Positions 39,787 to 50,052 are shown, counted from the first letter of the stretch. The stretch is 64,000 bases of DNA from an uncultured candidate division Zixibacteria bacterium (GCA_963806185.1 CAWDXE010000001.1:320001-384000); one strand, 5' to 3'. A program made the numbers and translations. The notes: generated by a model from the letters alone, not told the origin.

Positions 39787-40490
39787 CGGTCCGTCCCGCC
39801 GGAGGATATCGACGTGTCGACAATCTGTCCGTAGTGCATGCGAATGACTCGGTGGGCATACTTGCCCGCAGTCTCAGGATTGTGTGTCACCATCAGTATG
39901 GTCAGACCTTCTCGGTTGAGCTGAGCCAGTAGCTCCGCAATTTGACGGGAGTTTTCCTCGTCGAGATTGCCGGTCGGCTCGTCGGCGAAGAGTATGTCCG
40001 GCGCTTTCACGAGGGCGCGCGCAACGGCCACGCGCTGCTGCTCGCCGCCGGAGAGATCAGCGGGGCGATGCGTCATTCGATCCGCCAGGCCGAGACGCTT
40101 CAGCATGACTGTGGCCTTACTGCGCCGATCGACGCGCGGAAGGCCATTGAAATAAAGCGCCATTTCCACGTTCTCAATCGCTGTGCGGTGTGAGAGCAGG
40201 TTGAACGACTGAAACACCATCCCTACACTGGCCGCACGGTAGGCCGATAGCTCTCTCTGGGAGAAGGTGCCGAGGCGGGACCCCTTGAAATTGATTTCGC
40301 CTGAGGTTGGTGTGTCCAGTCCCGCCAGCAGATTAAGCAGCGTGGTCTTTCCCGAGCCGGACGAACCAACGATGGCCACAAACTCACCCTGCTGTACCGC
40401 CAATTCCACTTGATCGACGGCACGGATAGTTTGAGGTCCGCGACGGTAGTGGCGGCAAAGGGCCTGCGTACTTAAGAACTGAGTTGCCAT
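39783..40490 (-). CDS. LolD/MacB-type ABC ATP-binding protein
   Basis: [25 protein letters not shown]. Confidence 0.93.
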   Translation of the reverse strand: MATQFLSTQALCRHYRRGPQTIRAVDQVELAVQQGEFVAIVGSSGSGKTTLLNLLAGLDTPTSGEINFKGSRLGTFSQRELSAYRAASVGMVFQSFNLLSHRTAIENVEMALYFNGLPRVDRRSKATVMLKRLGLADRMTHRPADLSGGEQQRVAVARALVKAPDILFADEPTGNLDEENSRQIAELLAQLNREGLTILMVTHNPETAGKYAHRVIRMHYGQIVDTSISSGGTDR

Positions 40491-40742
40491 AGCGAATAGA
40501 AGAATCTACGCAATAATACGCCGAATGTTTAGCTTCTTATCCGGCCGCACACAGAATCTCCTTCCAGAGCATCTCGTCCGCGTCCGCTTAATTGTCCCGT
40601 TTGATCGACCAGACATTGACCTGATTTCCAAACCCATTTCTTGTTGTATCGTATAAGGTTAAATCGATCGTCAGGAATATTGCGACCTTTTTAGCTTTAT
40701 TTCCACACCTCGATTCAACATCTTTCAATCGGGACAAAGGTC

Positions 40743-40793
40743 TTGACTTTGGAGGCTACTTTCATACTATGAACACTGTGAAAATGTTCACAA
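40743..40793 (+). promoter_or_regulatory. sigma70 promoter followed by a Rex/CRP-type palindromic operator
   Basis: TTGACT-N16-TACTAT (40743-40770), then CTGTGAA-AATG-TTCACAA (40776-40793). Confidence 0.7.
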
Positions 40794-40823
40794 TTATTCG
40801 CGCCCGAAAGCTGAGGTAGTACT

Positions 40824-42065
40824 GTGTCTGTCATTCGTCCCTTTCGCGGTCTTCGCGCTAAACCGGAACTGGCCCCCCAAGTCGCTTGTCCGCCCTACGA
40901 TGTCCTTGACACCAGGGAAGCCCGCGAATTAGCTCGCAATAACCCTATTTCCTACCTGCGAGTCTGCAAAGCCGAACTTGAATTTGATGACGGTACCGAC
41001 CCATACTCTGAGAAGGTCTACCAACGCGCCGCGGAAAATATCGCCAGATTCCGTAAAGAAGGTGTGCTTTTGCGCGACGAAAAGCCCTGTCTCTATCTCT
41101 ACCGCCAGACCATGAACGGCAAGGTTCAGACCGGCCTCGTCTGCCTGACATCAGTCGAGGAATACGATGCCGGCCGTATCAAGAAGCACGAACACACGCG
41201 CCCCGTCAAAGTCAACGATCGCGCCACCCTGAACATGATCACCGGAACTCAATCCGAACCGGTGTTTTCAACCTACGTCTACGACGCCGGTATTGACGGG
41301 ATTCTCAAGAGCGTCTCGTCAACCAAACCGCTGATTGATTTTTCAGACGATGGCGTGCGCCACGAGTTCTGGGTCATCGACAATCAGGTGACAATCAACG
41401 CCTTAGTACAGGGTTTTGCCCGTTTGCCGTTTCTCTACATTGCCGACGGTCACCATCGCAGCCAGGCCGCGTCAGAAACAGCGCGACGGTTCCGCGAAAA
41501 GAATCCGAATCACAACGGCACTGAGGTTTACAATTATTTTCTCAATGTCGTATTCCCCGAGCGCGAACTGCACATCATGCCCTACAACCGGGTTATCCGC
41601 GATCTCAATGGGATGACATTTGAGCAGATTCTGGAGAAGGCCCGACCCAAGTTCGATATCGAGAAGGCCTGCAGCATCGTCGAACCGAACAAACCACACC
41701 AGTTTGGACTGTATGCCGACCATACGTGGTACCGTCTTACGGCGAAACCTGGCTCTTTTGAAGAGAGTCATCCCACGAAGTCGATTGACGCCGCAATACT
41801 TGGAGATAACTTCATAGGCCCTATCCTCGACATCACTGACCCTCGCACCGACAAGCGGATTGATTTTGTGGGTGGTATTAGGGGCACAAAAGAGCTGGTG
41901 CGTCTGGTCGACTCGGGCGACTTCAAGCTCGCGTTTGCCCTGTATCCGACGTCAATTGACCAACTGCTTAAGGTGGCCGACGCCGGCGAAGTGATGCCGC
42001 CCAAGTCCACCTGGTTTGAACCAAAACTCAGAAGCGGGTTGATAGCCAACCTGCTCGTAGACTGA
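40824..42065 (+). CDS. DUF1015 family protein
   Basis: IRPFRGLR, PPYDV, IKKHEHT, YIADGHHRS, MPPKSTWFEPKLRSGL. Confidence 0.92.
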   Translation: MSVIRPFRGLRAKPELAPQVACPPYDVLDTREARELARNNPISYLRVCKAELEFDDGTDPYSEKVYQRAAENIARFRKEGVLLRDEKPCLYLYRQTMNGKVQTGLVCLTSVEEYDAGRIKKHEHTRPVKVNDRATLNMITGTQSEPVFSTYVYDAGIDGILKSVSSTKPLIDFSDDGVRHEFWVIDNQVTINALVQGFARLPFLYIADGHHRSQAASETARRFREKNPNHNGTEVYNYFLNVVFPERELHIMPYNRVIRDLNGMTFEQILEKARPKFDIEKACSIVEPNKPHQFGLYADHTWYRLTAKPGSFEESHPTKSIDAAILGDNFIGPILDITDPRTDKRIDFVGGIRGTKELVRLVDSGDFKLAFALYPTSIDQLLKVADAGEVMPPKSTWFEPKLRSGLIANLLVD

Positions 42066-42079
42066 TATAGAGGGAAACC

Positions 42080-42955
42080 ATGTTAATACTTATCTCTGAT
42101 TCCTTTAACGCGGCCTTGCCGAAGATACTCGCCCGACACGGCGAGGTGACTGACGACAAGTCTCGCCTGGGCGACGCAGAAGTTGTCCTGATTCGAAGCA
42201 AGACGAAAGTCACCAAGGAGTATATCGACTCCGCTCCAAAGCTGAAACTGGTCATTCGGGGCGGCGTCGGTCTGGACAATGTCGACGTGGAGTACGCTCG
42301 CACCAAAGGTATTCACGTCTTCAACACGGCCGAAGCTTCGACCGTCGCCGTGGCTGAATTGGCATTCGCGCTGATGATTGCGCTCGCCAACAGGATTGTT
42401 CCGGCCAACGAGGGAATGCAGAAAAATCAGTGGTTGAAAAAGGAACTCAAGCGGGGCGAATTGATGGGAAAGACGCTCGGCATCCTGGGCATGGGGCGGA
42501 TCGGGACCGCTCTGGCTGTTCGCGCCCGCGCTTTCCGCATGCGGATTCTCGGCTGGCACCCGGACGTCTATTTCTCTGATTTCGCCGACATCAATAACAA
42601 CCTGAGCGAGGTACTGGGTCAGTCCGACTTCATCTCCATGCACATGCCGCTGGTCGATTCAACGCGCGGGATGATCAACAAGTCTACGCTGGCGCAATGC
42701 AAGCGAGGCGCCTGTATGATCAACACGGGCCGAGGCCAGTGCGTAGTGGAACAAGACGTGGTCGACGCGCTCAAGAGCGGCCAGCTCGGCGGGTATGCGA
42801 CCGATGTCTGGAGCTCCGACCCGCCCAAAGATACGCCGCTGATCGGCGCCCCCAATACGATTCTGACGCCGCACTTCGGTGCTGAAACCGCTGAAAATAT
42901 GGATCGGATCGGTGAGGTAATCGACCGGATCCTTGAAGATTGGAGAAAGAAATGA
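42080..42955 (+). CDS. serA: D-3-phosphoglycerate dehydrogenase (short form without ACT domain)
   Basis: RGGVGLDNVD, GMGRIG, INTGRG, TPHFGA; adjacent to serC. Confidence 0.82.
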   Translation: MLILISDSFNAALPKILARHGEVTDDKSRLGDAEVVLIRSKTKVTKEYIDSAPKLKLVIRGGVGLDNVDVEYARTKGIHVFNTAEASTVAVAELAFALMIALANRIVPANEGMQKNQWLKKELKRGELMGKTLGILGMGRIGTALAVRARAFRMRILGWHPDVYFSDFADINNNLSEVLGQSDFISMHMPLVDSTRGMINKSTLAQCKRGACMINTGRGQCVVEQDVVDALKSGQLGGYATDVWSSDPPKDTPLIGAPNTILTPHFGAETAENMDRIGEVIDRILEDWRKK

Positions 42956-44079
42956 CCACCCCAACACCCGGCGCGAAAGGTGCTACCGTCGGAAATCGCG
43001 CCTCCAATTTCAATCCCGGCCCGGCCGGCCTGCCGCTCGAGGTACTCCAACAGGTCCAACAGGAGTTTCTCGACTATAAAGGCACTGGCATGTCGGTCAT
43101 TGAAATCTCGCACCGCTCAGCCGAATACGAGGAAATCAACAACGCCGCGATTGCCCTCTTCAAGGAACTCATGGGCATCGGTGACAACTACAATGTGTTG
43201 TTCGTGGGCGGCGGCGCCAGCCTGCAATTCTCGGCCGTGCCGATGAATTTCCTGGCTGATGGGAAGACCGCAGCCTACGTCGACACCGGTTCCTGGGCCA
43301 ACAAAGCGATCAAAGAAGCAAAGAAGGTTGGCAACGTGCTCGTGGCGGCGTCGTCCAAGGAGGACGGTTACAAGTACATCCCGTCGTTTGACAATATTCG
43401 CTATCCCGCCGACGTCGCCTACCTCCATACGACGTCGAACAACACGATCTACGGCACGCAATGGGACAAATTCCCGGATACCGGCAATGTCCCGCACATT
43501 TGCGACATGTCGTCCGACATTCTGTCCCGCCGGCGCGATTTCGGCAAGTTCGCCCTGATCTATGCCGGGGCGCAGAAGAATCTCGGCCCGGCCGGCGTGA
43601 CCGTAGTGATCGTGCGCGAGGACATGCTGGCCAAGTGCCGTGAGAATCTGCCGACCATGATCGACTACCGCACTCATGCCAAGGAAAACTCGCTCTACAA
43701 CACGCCGCCGGTGTTTGCGATCTATATCGTCCGGCTCGTGCTCGAGTGGATTAAGCGTCAGGGCGGCCTGGCGGCCATAGAGAAAACCAATTTCGCCAAG
43801 AAGGAACGGATCTACCAGATGGTTGACCTGCACCCGGACTATTTCCGGGGGACGGTCAATCCGGACAGCCGGTCGTGGATGAACCTCACTTTCCGCCTGC
43901 CGAGTGAAGAGCTGGAGAAGAAGTTCCTGGCCGAAGCGAAAGCGGCCAAGATGATCGGACTCAAGGGGCATCGGTCGGTCGGAGGCATCCGCGTATCGCT
44001 GTACAATGCGGTGACGCTCAAGACGGCCGAAACGCTGGCGCATTTCATGGAGGAGTTCATGAAGAAGAACCCGAAGTGA
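42952..44079 (+). CDS. serC: phosphoserine aminotransferase
   Basis: NFNPGPA, SVIEISHRS, GGASLQF, YAGAQKNLGPAG, NTPP, GHRSVGGIR. Confidence 0.96.
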   Translation: MTTPTPGAKGATVGNRASNFNPGPAGLPLEVLQQVQQEFLDYKGTGMSVIEISHRSAEYEEINNAAIALFKELMGIGDNYNVLFVGGGASLQFSAVPMNFLADGKTAAYVDTGSWANKAIKEAKKVGNVLVAASSKEDGYKYIPSFDNIRYPADVAYLHTTSNNTIYGTQWDKFPDTGNVPHICDMSSDILSRRRDFGKFALIYAGAQKNLGPAGVTVVIVREDMLAKCRENLPTMIDYRTHAKENSLYNTPPVFAIYIVRLVLEWIKRQGGLAAIEKTNFAKKERIYQMVDLHPDYFRGTVNPDSRSWMNLTFRLPSEELEKKFLAEAKAAKMIGLKGHRSVGGIRVSLYNAVTLKTAETLAHFMEEFMKKNPK

Positions 44080-44099
44080 TCTGCATCACCAGAGCATGA

Positions 44100-44135
44100 G
44101 AAAGCCGCCGGGACACCCTCCCGGCGGCTTTTTCT
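44100..44135. terminator. terminator between convergent serC and oligopeptidase genes
   Basis: AAAGCCGCCGGGA-CACCC-TCCCGGCGGCTTTTTCTT. Confidence 0.8.
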
Positions 44136-44168
44136 TGCGGCATGTCGTAGCTATGATCGCCACGACTC

Positions 44169-46265
44169 CTAAAGGGGTACGCCAAGCTGCCAAAGCCGGA
44201 AAGCCATTACGTCGGTGGCGTCGGCAATGGACTTGTCCATCGTTGCTCCACCCGAATGACCCAGTTTCGTGTCATAGAGCAGTAATACGGGGCGCGTCGG
44301 CTTTACCATCGCCTGCATGAGGGCAGTCATCTTTCGCGCATGTGCCGGGGCAACACGCGTGTCGCCGTCGCCGGTCACAAACAGGACCGCCGGATAATCA
44401 ACGCCCGTCCTGACATTGTGGTACGGCGAATATGCCCTGATGTACGGGAATTGATTGACACTGTCGGCCGACCCGTACTCCGATACCCAAAACCGCCCCA
44501 CCAGCAGCTTCTGGTAACGCAGCATGTCGAGCAGCGGATAGGTGCAAATGATTGCCTGGAACAAGTCAGGACGCTGATTCATCACCGCCCCAACGAGCAG
44601 TCCGCCGTTCGATCCTCCCTGGATCTCCAATTTTGAAGGATTGGTGTACTTGTTCGCGATCAGCCACTCGGCCGCCGCGATCAGATCGTCAAACGTATTC
44701 TGCTTTTTTTCGAACATGGCCGCCTTATGCCAGGCGTCGCCGAATTCACCGCCACCGCGAAGGTTTGCCAGAGCGTAAACTCCCCCATGTTCGATGAAGA
44801 TCACTGCCGTGCTGGTGAAGTACGGCTTCTCCGGGTTATTGAACCCGCCATACCCATTGATCTCCACCGGCCGCTGGCCGTCGAGGATCAACCCCTTCTT
44901 GTATGCCAGGAACATCGGTACTTTCGTGCCGTCTTTTGAAGTGAACCAGACCTGCTTCACTTCGATCTCATCGGTATTGACCGGAACCTTTGCCTCGCTG
45001 AATATTCGCTGGGCTCCCGTTGAAATGTCGGCCCGGAAAATGGTCGACGGGAAATGAAATGACGCAAAACTGTAGAAGAACTCCGACTTGCTCCATTCGC
45101 CCACTACGCTGCTGACTGAGCCGATAGTCGGCAGCGGCCACTCTCTCACCAACTTCCCCTCCGGCGTATAGACCTTCACCTGTGAGCAGGCGTTGGTGAG
45201 ATACTGCACGTGGATATTGCCGCCGATGAGATTGAACCCGGTGATTGTCCCGCTATCCTGGGGAACCACCTCTTTCCAGTTGGCTTGGGCCGGATTCGCC
45301 AGATCGACGGCGAGAATACGCCACCGGTCAGCGTCGAGCGAAGTCTGCAGATACAGAGTATTGCCGGCGGCATCGGGAAAGAATTCCGCCTTGATGTCGG
45401 TCACAATCGGTTGAAACGGCTCGGCCTTGGATAGATCCTTGACAAAAACCTGCGTCTGTACCCCCGATGACCCCTCGTAAATTGTCGCCGTCAGCCATCG
45501 CGCATCGTCGGATACCCCCAGCGCGAGTTGGTTCTGGGGGTTCAATTGTTCACCAAAGATGAGCGTATCCGAGACCGCCTCCGAACCAAGTCGATGCTGA
45601 TACACGCGGGGACCCTTTTCATCTGAATAACGACAGTAGTACACCACGAGACCGTCGGCCGATAAGTAGACGCCGGAGTAGCGGGCTTTCGGAAGCGAGT
45701 CCTCCAGTTGTCGCCTCGAGTCAACTTGCATGAAGCGGTAGACCAGCTCGTCTTCTCCCCCGTGTCTCACTCCATAGGCCATCAGACGACCGTCAGTGGT
45801 GACGTCCTCCAGATCGACATTGAGCGACAGGTCGGCCGACATCGTGTTCGGGTCGAGCAATACCTTGTCCTCTCCGTCGACTCCGTCGCGATAGTAGAGC
45901 ATCCACAATTGCTGATCAGCCTTCCGCTTGGAGATAAAATACCGGTTCCCGCGTACGGCGCTGACAGTCATCCGGTCGAGCTTGATGAGTTCTTTGTAAC
46001 GGGCGGCGATCTTTTCGCGACCGGGGATTTGATCGAGCACTTTGCGCGTGTAGGCATTCTGGGCGTCAATCCAGGCGCGAGTTTCCGGGCTGTTCTGATC
46101 TTCGAGCCACCGGTAATTGTCAACGATCGCGACCCCATGCAGGGTGTCGACGACTGGGTGGACGGCCGAGGGCGGGTAGGGTGGCAAATCGCCGGCGAGG
46201 GCCGGTTGCATGATACTGAAGATTGACAGAATCGATAGGGCAATGGAGAGGCGAACGCGAGTCAC
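44169..46265 (-). CDS. secreted prolyl oligopeptidase (S9A)
   Basis: Signal peptide, DNYRWLED, GYGGF, GGSNGGLL, DTRV, GHSG. Confidence 0.95.
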   Translation of the reverse strand: MTRVRLSIALSILSIFSIMQPALAGDLPPYPPSAVHPVVDTLHGVAIVDNYRWLEDQNSPETRAWIDAQNAYTRKVLDQIPGREKIAARYKELIKLDRMTVSAVRGNRYFISKRKADQQLWMLYYRDGVDGEDKVLLDPNTMSADLSLNVDLEDVTTDGRLMAYGVRHGGEDELVYRFMQVDSRRQLEDSLPKARYSGVYLSADGLVVYYCRYSDEKGPRVYQHRLGSEAVSDTLIFGEQLNPQNQLALGVSDDARWLTATIYEGSSGVQTQVFVKDLSKAEPFQPIVTDIKAEFFPDAAGNTLYLQTSLDADRWRILAVDLANPAQANWKEVVPQDSGTITGFNLIGGNIHVQYLTNACSQVKVYTPEGKLVREWPLPTIGSVSSVVGEWSKSEFFYSFASFHFPSTIFRADISTGAQRIFSEAKVPVNTDEIEVKQVWFTSKDGTKVPMFLAYKKGLILDGQRPVEINGYGGFNNPEKPYFTSTAVIFIEHGGVYALANLRGGGEFGDAWHKAAMFEKKQNTFDDLIAAAEWLIANKYTNPSKLEIQGGSNGGLLVGAVMNQRPDLFQAIICTYPLLDMLRYQKLLVGRFWVSEYGSADSVNQFPYIRAYSPYHNVRTGVDYPAVLFVTGDGDTRVAPAHARKMTALMQAMVKPTRPVLLLYDTKLGHSGGATMDKSIADATDVMAFRLWQLGVPL

Positions 46266-46400
46266 TGTGATATCCTCCTCTGAGTGATCATACCGTCATC
46301 GTATTATACAGTGAGAAAGAAGCGATGTGAACATTGAGATCTCGATCCGCATAAAAAAAGCCCACCTCATGGCGGGCTTTATTCTTCTGAATCAAGCGAC

Positions 46401-46839
46401 TTACTTCAGGTGCTTGTTGACAAGCTTAGTCATCTCAAACATCGAGACTTTCGTCTTGCCGCCGAAAACACGCTTCAGATTGTCGTCCGCATTGATCATG
46501 CGGCGATTCACTGAATCCTGGAGGCCGTTCTTCTTGATATAGACGCCAGATCCGCTTAGTGACTTCCGTGCGCGGCATCGGCGTCGAGCCGACCACTGCA
46601 CCGAGATCAGCCGAGATCGTCATCGGGCGCATAAACGCCGGATTCGGAGCACGCTTCTTCGCGGGTTTCTTTGGCGCAGCCTTGCGGGTCGCTTTCGACT
46701 TAGTGGCCTTTCGTGCTGCGCCTAACTTTGACGATTTCTTCTTCGGGGCAGCCTTTTTGGCTTTCTTCTTCGCGCCGGTTTTCTTCTTCGCGCCGGCCTT
46801 CTTCGCCGGCTTCTTGGCGGCTTTCTTCTTTGCAGGCAT
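46401..46839 (-). CDS. Lys/Ala-rich histone H1-like N-terminus + SWIB/MDM2 domain protein, one frameshift near 46546
   Basis: MPAKKKAAKKPAKK..PNPAFMRP..PRTEVTKRIW in one frame continues as VYIKKNGLQD..INADDNLKRVFGGK.KVSMFEMTKLVNKHLK after removal of one base. Confidence 0.85.
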
Positions 46840-47059
46840 GTGTTGCTCCTTTAGCAAAGGGTTGGTTGAGGGTTTATTAGGTTTCCTGTGCGCATTGCTT
46901 TTCTAGGTAGAGGGAAAAACAGTGCGATTCTTTCCCTCAGCCACACGAAACACTATTGAAGTTTTAAAAGATTGGCAAGAAAAAATATGCATTCATGCAC
47001 ATTTTTTTTGACTTTTTTGCTATAGCGCATATTCCGAATGAAACCGCACGACAGCGATT

Positions 47060-48265
47060 TTACCCTCGAATCAACTCAATAATCGGCGCCTCCTGCGGAC
47101 AGCCGAGACGGAACGGAAACCAGTGACCCATCCCCGACGAGGTATACAACTGGCTCGTGCCGAGAACGTATTTCCCCCAGAGAAAGCTGGTCGAGTTGCC
47201 CGATTCGAAGAGGGATCGCCCACCAATACCGATCTGCCCGCCGTGCGTGTGACCCGCCAGAGTCAGCTGAATATCGCTTTCCGCAGCATAGGTAAACGCG
47301 TTCGGGCGATGGCTCATGAGCAGGGCAAACTCGCCGGTGCGACGGTCAGCCAGTGACTGCGCTATCGCCTGCTGGAAGAATTCCGGCGGCAATTCGTGCA
47401 TGTGACGGGGATCGTCGAGCCCCGCCAGATAGAGCGACGTCCCCCCTACCGGTATCCGTACCCCCTGATTCACCAGGAGCGGTACCGGCGATTGGTCGTA
47501 AATCCTCCTGACCTGCTGAATCCCTCGGAAATACTCGTGATTCCCGAGTATCGCGTAGGTCCCCAGACGGGGATTGAGCGACGAAAACATCTTGAGTGCG
47601 CCGGGCAGCTGAGAGAGATCATCCGCCACATCGCCCGTCACCAGGACCAGATCGGGTTTGTACTCGGCGACGGATGCGACCGCCGTTTCGACATCATTCA
47701 GAGTCATATAATGCCAAATGTGCAGGTCGGACAGGTGGGCAATGGTCAATCCGTGCAGATCGGGCGGCAAATCGGCATAGACGAACTGCTTCTTTTCGAC
47801 GTTGACACCCCCGAGCGCCCTCCCGACACCGCTTACACCGGCAGACAAAGCAAGCAACGGCACGGCCGCGGCGGCACCTTTGAGAAACACCCGCCGCCTC
47901 GGATCAAGCCCCTCTTCCCCATCGAGTTTTCGTGTACCGTTACGACGGCCGAACCAGTCGATGCCCTTGTCGATAAGACGGATGGTCCCCGATAAGGGGA
48001 GCGAAATCATCAGCGCCAGTTCGAGGACAAGAACAAGGATGGAGAAAAGCGAACAGGGCATCGATATCCATCCGATCCGGTAGTACTCGCCCATTCCCCA
48101 GCCGACAATGGCCAGAACGCCCAGTAGGGGCAGGAGCAGCGCAGTCAGGCGAAGTCGCCTGATTTGCCACCAGTCTTTGTGCAGAAGGCGCAATAACAGG
48201 AGAGAGACCGAACTCAGGATGAGAATGGCGATGACGCCGAACAGGAGTGGAAACAGGCTGGACAT
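47060..48265 (-). CDS. membrane-bound metallophosphoesterase (YkuE-like)
   Basis: SDLH, TGD, GNHE, SHRP and AGHTHGGQ motifs; three N-terminal TM then RRVFLK. Confidence 0.92.
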   Translation of the reverse strand: MSSLFPLLFGVIAILILSSVSLLLLRLLHKDWWQIRRLRLTALLLPLLGVLAIVGWGMGEYYRIGWISMPCSLFSILVLVLELALMISLPLSGTIRLIDKGIDWFGRRNGTRKLDGEEGLDPRRRVFLKGAAAAVPLLALSAGVSGVGRALGGVNVEKKQFVYADLPPDLHGLTIAHLSDLHIWHYMTLNDVETAVASVAEYKPDLVLVTGDVADDLSQLPGALKMFSSLNPRLGTYAILGNHEYFRGIQQVRRIYDQSPVPLLVNQGVRIPVGGTSLYLAGLDDPRHMHELPPEFFQQAIAQSLADRRTGEFALLMSHRPNAFTYAAESDIQLTLAGHTHGGQIGIGGRSLFESGNSTSFLWGKYVLGTSQLYTSSGMGHWFPFRLGCPQEAPIIELIRG

Positions 48266-48328
48266 CGGACCTCAAAAGTGTCAGTCGCGAGCAATACCGC
48301 GCTCCGACAGTATTGGATTATAACGATT

Positions 48329-49198
48329 TTAGAGGGGGTGAGTTTCGGAAATGTGGGGGGGATCAGTTGTTGTCGAGAGGAATTCGACCTTATATTTCAC
48401 CCAGCAGTCGACTGGCTTTCCATCTCTGACGGCGGGCGTGAACTTGTTTTTTCGAGCCGACTGCATGGCAGACTCGTCGAGCCTCTTGTGGCCGCTCGAC
48501 TGTGCCAGTTTCACATCGAGAACGTTTCCCTCGCTGCTGACCAGCACTCGAAGCCAGGCAGAGCCTTCGTCTTTATGTTTGCGCGAGAGGCGGGAATACT
48601 CCACCGGATCGAAATAAAGCAGTCTCGGCATCGCCTCAACTTCGGTTGAATCTGGGAGTAGTTCCGCCGTCGAAATGGCATGATTGTTCGATGCCTTCGA
48701 ACTGCCTCCTCCGATTTTGAAGCCGACTTTGTACGTCACCCATATGGCGATCGGCTGACCGCGCTGGATCGCGGGTTTGAAAAGACAACCGTACGCCGCT
48801 TTCACTGCTGACTGGTCAAGCAACGGCACACCGCTGGACTTAGCCACGAGTACATCGCGAACTCTGCCATCTTTGTCCACCAGTGATTTCACCCATACCG
48901 TACCCTCCTGACCAGCCTGCTTGGCCAGACGAGGATACTCAGGCACCTGTTCTCTGATCATCTCCGGTGCTACTTCGACAGGGGTATAACCCTCGTCCGA
49001 TCCCATCTCAGGCAGTTTTTCTGTCTGAGACGAATCAACGTCGGTGCTGTCCGAGACGGAGAGAAGTATGACGGTCGAGTGGTTGAGTGAATCGGGACCT
49101 TTTGTCCCTTTCTCCAGCACGTCGCCACGTACCTCGGCACTGATTGCGCCGAGGATCGTCAGGGATAATGCTGCCAGACTGAACCTGATGTAACGCAT
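48329..49198 (-). CDS. TonB family protein, two TonB C-terminal domains
   Basis: PEYPRLAKQAGQEGTVWV..G..LLDQSAV and a second related repeat. Confidence 0.85.
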   Translation of the reverse strand: MRYIRFSLAALSLTILGAISAEVRGDVLEKGTKGPDSLNHSTVILLSVSDSTDVDSSQTEKLPEMGSDEGYTPVEVAPEMIREQVPEYPRLAKQAGQEGTVWVKSLVDKDGRVRDVLVAKSSGVPLLDQSAVKAAYGCLFKPAIQRGQPIAIWVTYKVGFKIGGGSSKASNNHAISTAELLPDSTEVEAMPRLLYFDPVEYSRLSRKHKDEGSAWLRVLVSSEGNVLDVKLAQSSGHKRLDESAMQSARKNKFTPAVRDGKPVDCWVKYKVEFLSTTTDPPHISETHPL

Positions 49199-49199
49199 A

Positions 49200-50052
49200 C
49201 CCCAAAGTAGCCCTCTTGGTCGACGAGGTCAACCCTGTTTTGGGCCTTCCTATCGGCTTGATGGATCGGATGAGAATGATTCCGGGGGTGGTGGGTTTCG
49301 GAAATGTGGGGGGGCAATGGCGGACAGTTAGTGCCCGAGCTCGAAGGTGATTTTGTACGTCGCCCATACGGCCACGGGTTTGCCATGTGATTTCGCCGGA
49401 TTAAAGACATTGCCACTAGCCGCTTTGATCGCCGCGTTATCAAGGTCTTTGTTGCCGGAAGATCTTGCAACCTGCGCCTCGTTCACCCTTCCTTTTGCGT
49501 CAACTAGTACCTTGATCCACACCGTGCCTTCGATTTCTGCCTGCTTGGCCGACCAAGGATACTCCGGTGTCTCCTCTCTGACCATCTCTGGCGGCTGATC
49601 GCAATAGACATATTCGTCAGGCAGAGGCAGCTCAGGCACTAAGGACGAATCCGGGAAGAAATCGAATGGAACGAACACCCAACCCTTGAACATCTTGCTT
49701 TCGAACTCGGCCTTCAAAGTGGCGATCCTTGCGGCCTCTTCGAATCCGTAATTCGGGTTGTTGGAATACACTATCTCAGCGGAATCAACGTGTCCATCTT
49801 TCTGAACATGCGCTCGCACCCAGACCATTGCCCCCTGCCCGGCGGCAATTGCTTCCTCGGGGTAAACAACCGGCGCCGGCTCAATTGGAAAAGCTGACTT
49901 CGTTTCCGGGATATCCCACCCCGCCTCAAGCGCAGGGCGATGTCGGACGACCGGTCGAGGCCCCTCGGCGAAGGAAGAAGAGATGAAGAGCAGGCTTATC
50001 AGAAATATTCGCACACCCCAAAGTAGCCCTCTTGGTCGACGAGGTCAACCCT
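49200..50052 (-). repeat. two identical ~36-bp promoter-containing direct repeats (49200-49236 and 50017-50052) preceding each tonB-like gene
   Basis: CCCCAAAGTAGCCCTCTTGGTCGACGAGGTCAACCCT at both sites; minus strand reads TTGACC-N17-TACTTT-GGGGT-start codon. Confidence 0.85.
49328..50014 (-). CDS. TonB family protein, two TonB C-terminal domains
   Basis: VYPEEAIAAGQG..GFEEAA and PEYPWSAKQAEIEGTVW..LDNAAI. Confidence 0.85.
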   Translation of the reverse strand: MRIFLISLLFISSSFAEGPRPVVRHRPALEAGWDIPETKSAFPIEPAPVVYPEEAIAAGQGAMVWVRAHVQKDGHVDSAEIVYSNNPNYGFEEAARIATLKAEFESKMFKGWVFVPFDFFPDSSLVPELPLPDEYVYCDQPPEMVREETPEYPWSAKQAEIEGTVWIKVLVDAKGRVNEAQVARSSGNKDLDNAAIKAASGNVFNPAKSHGKPVAVWATYKITFELGH

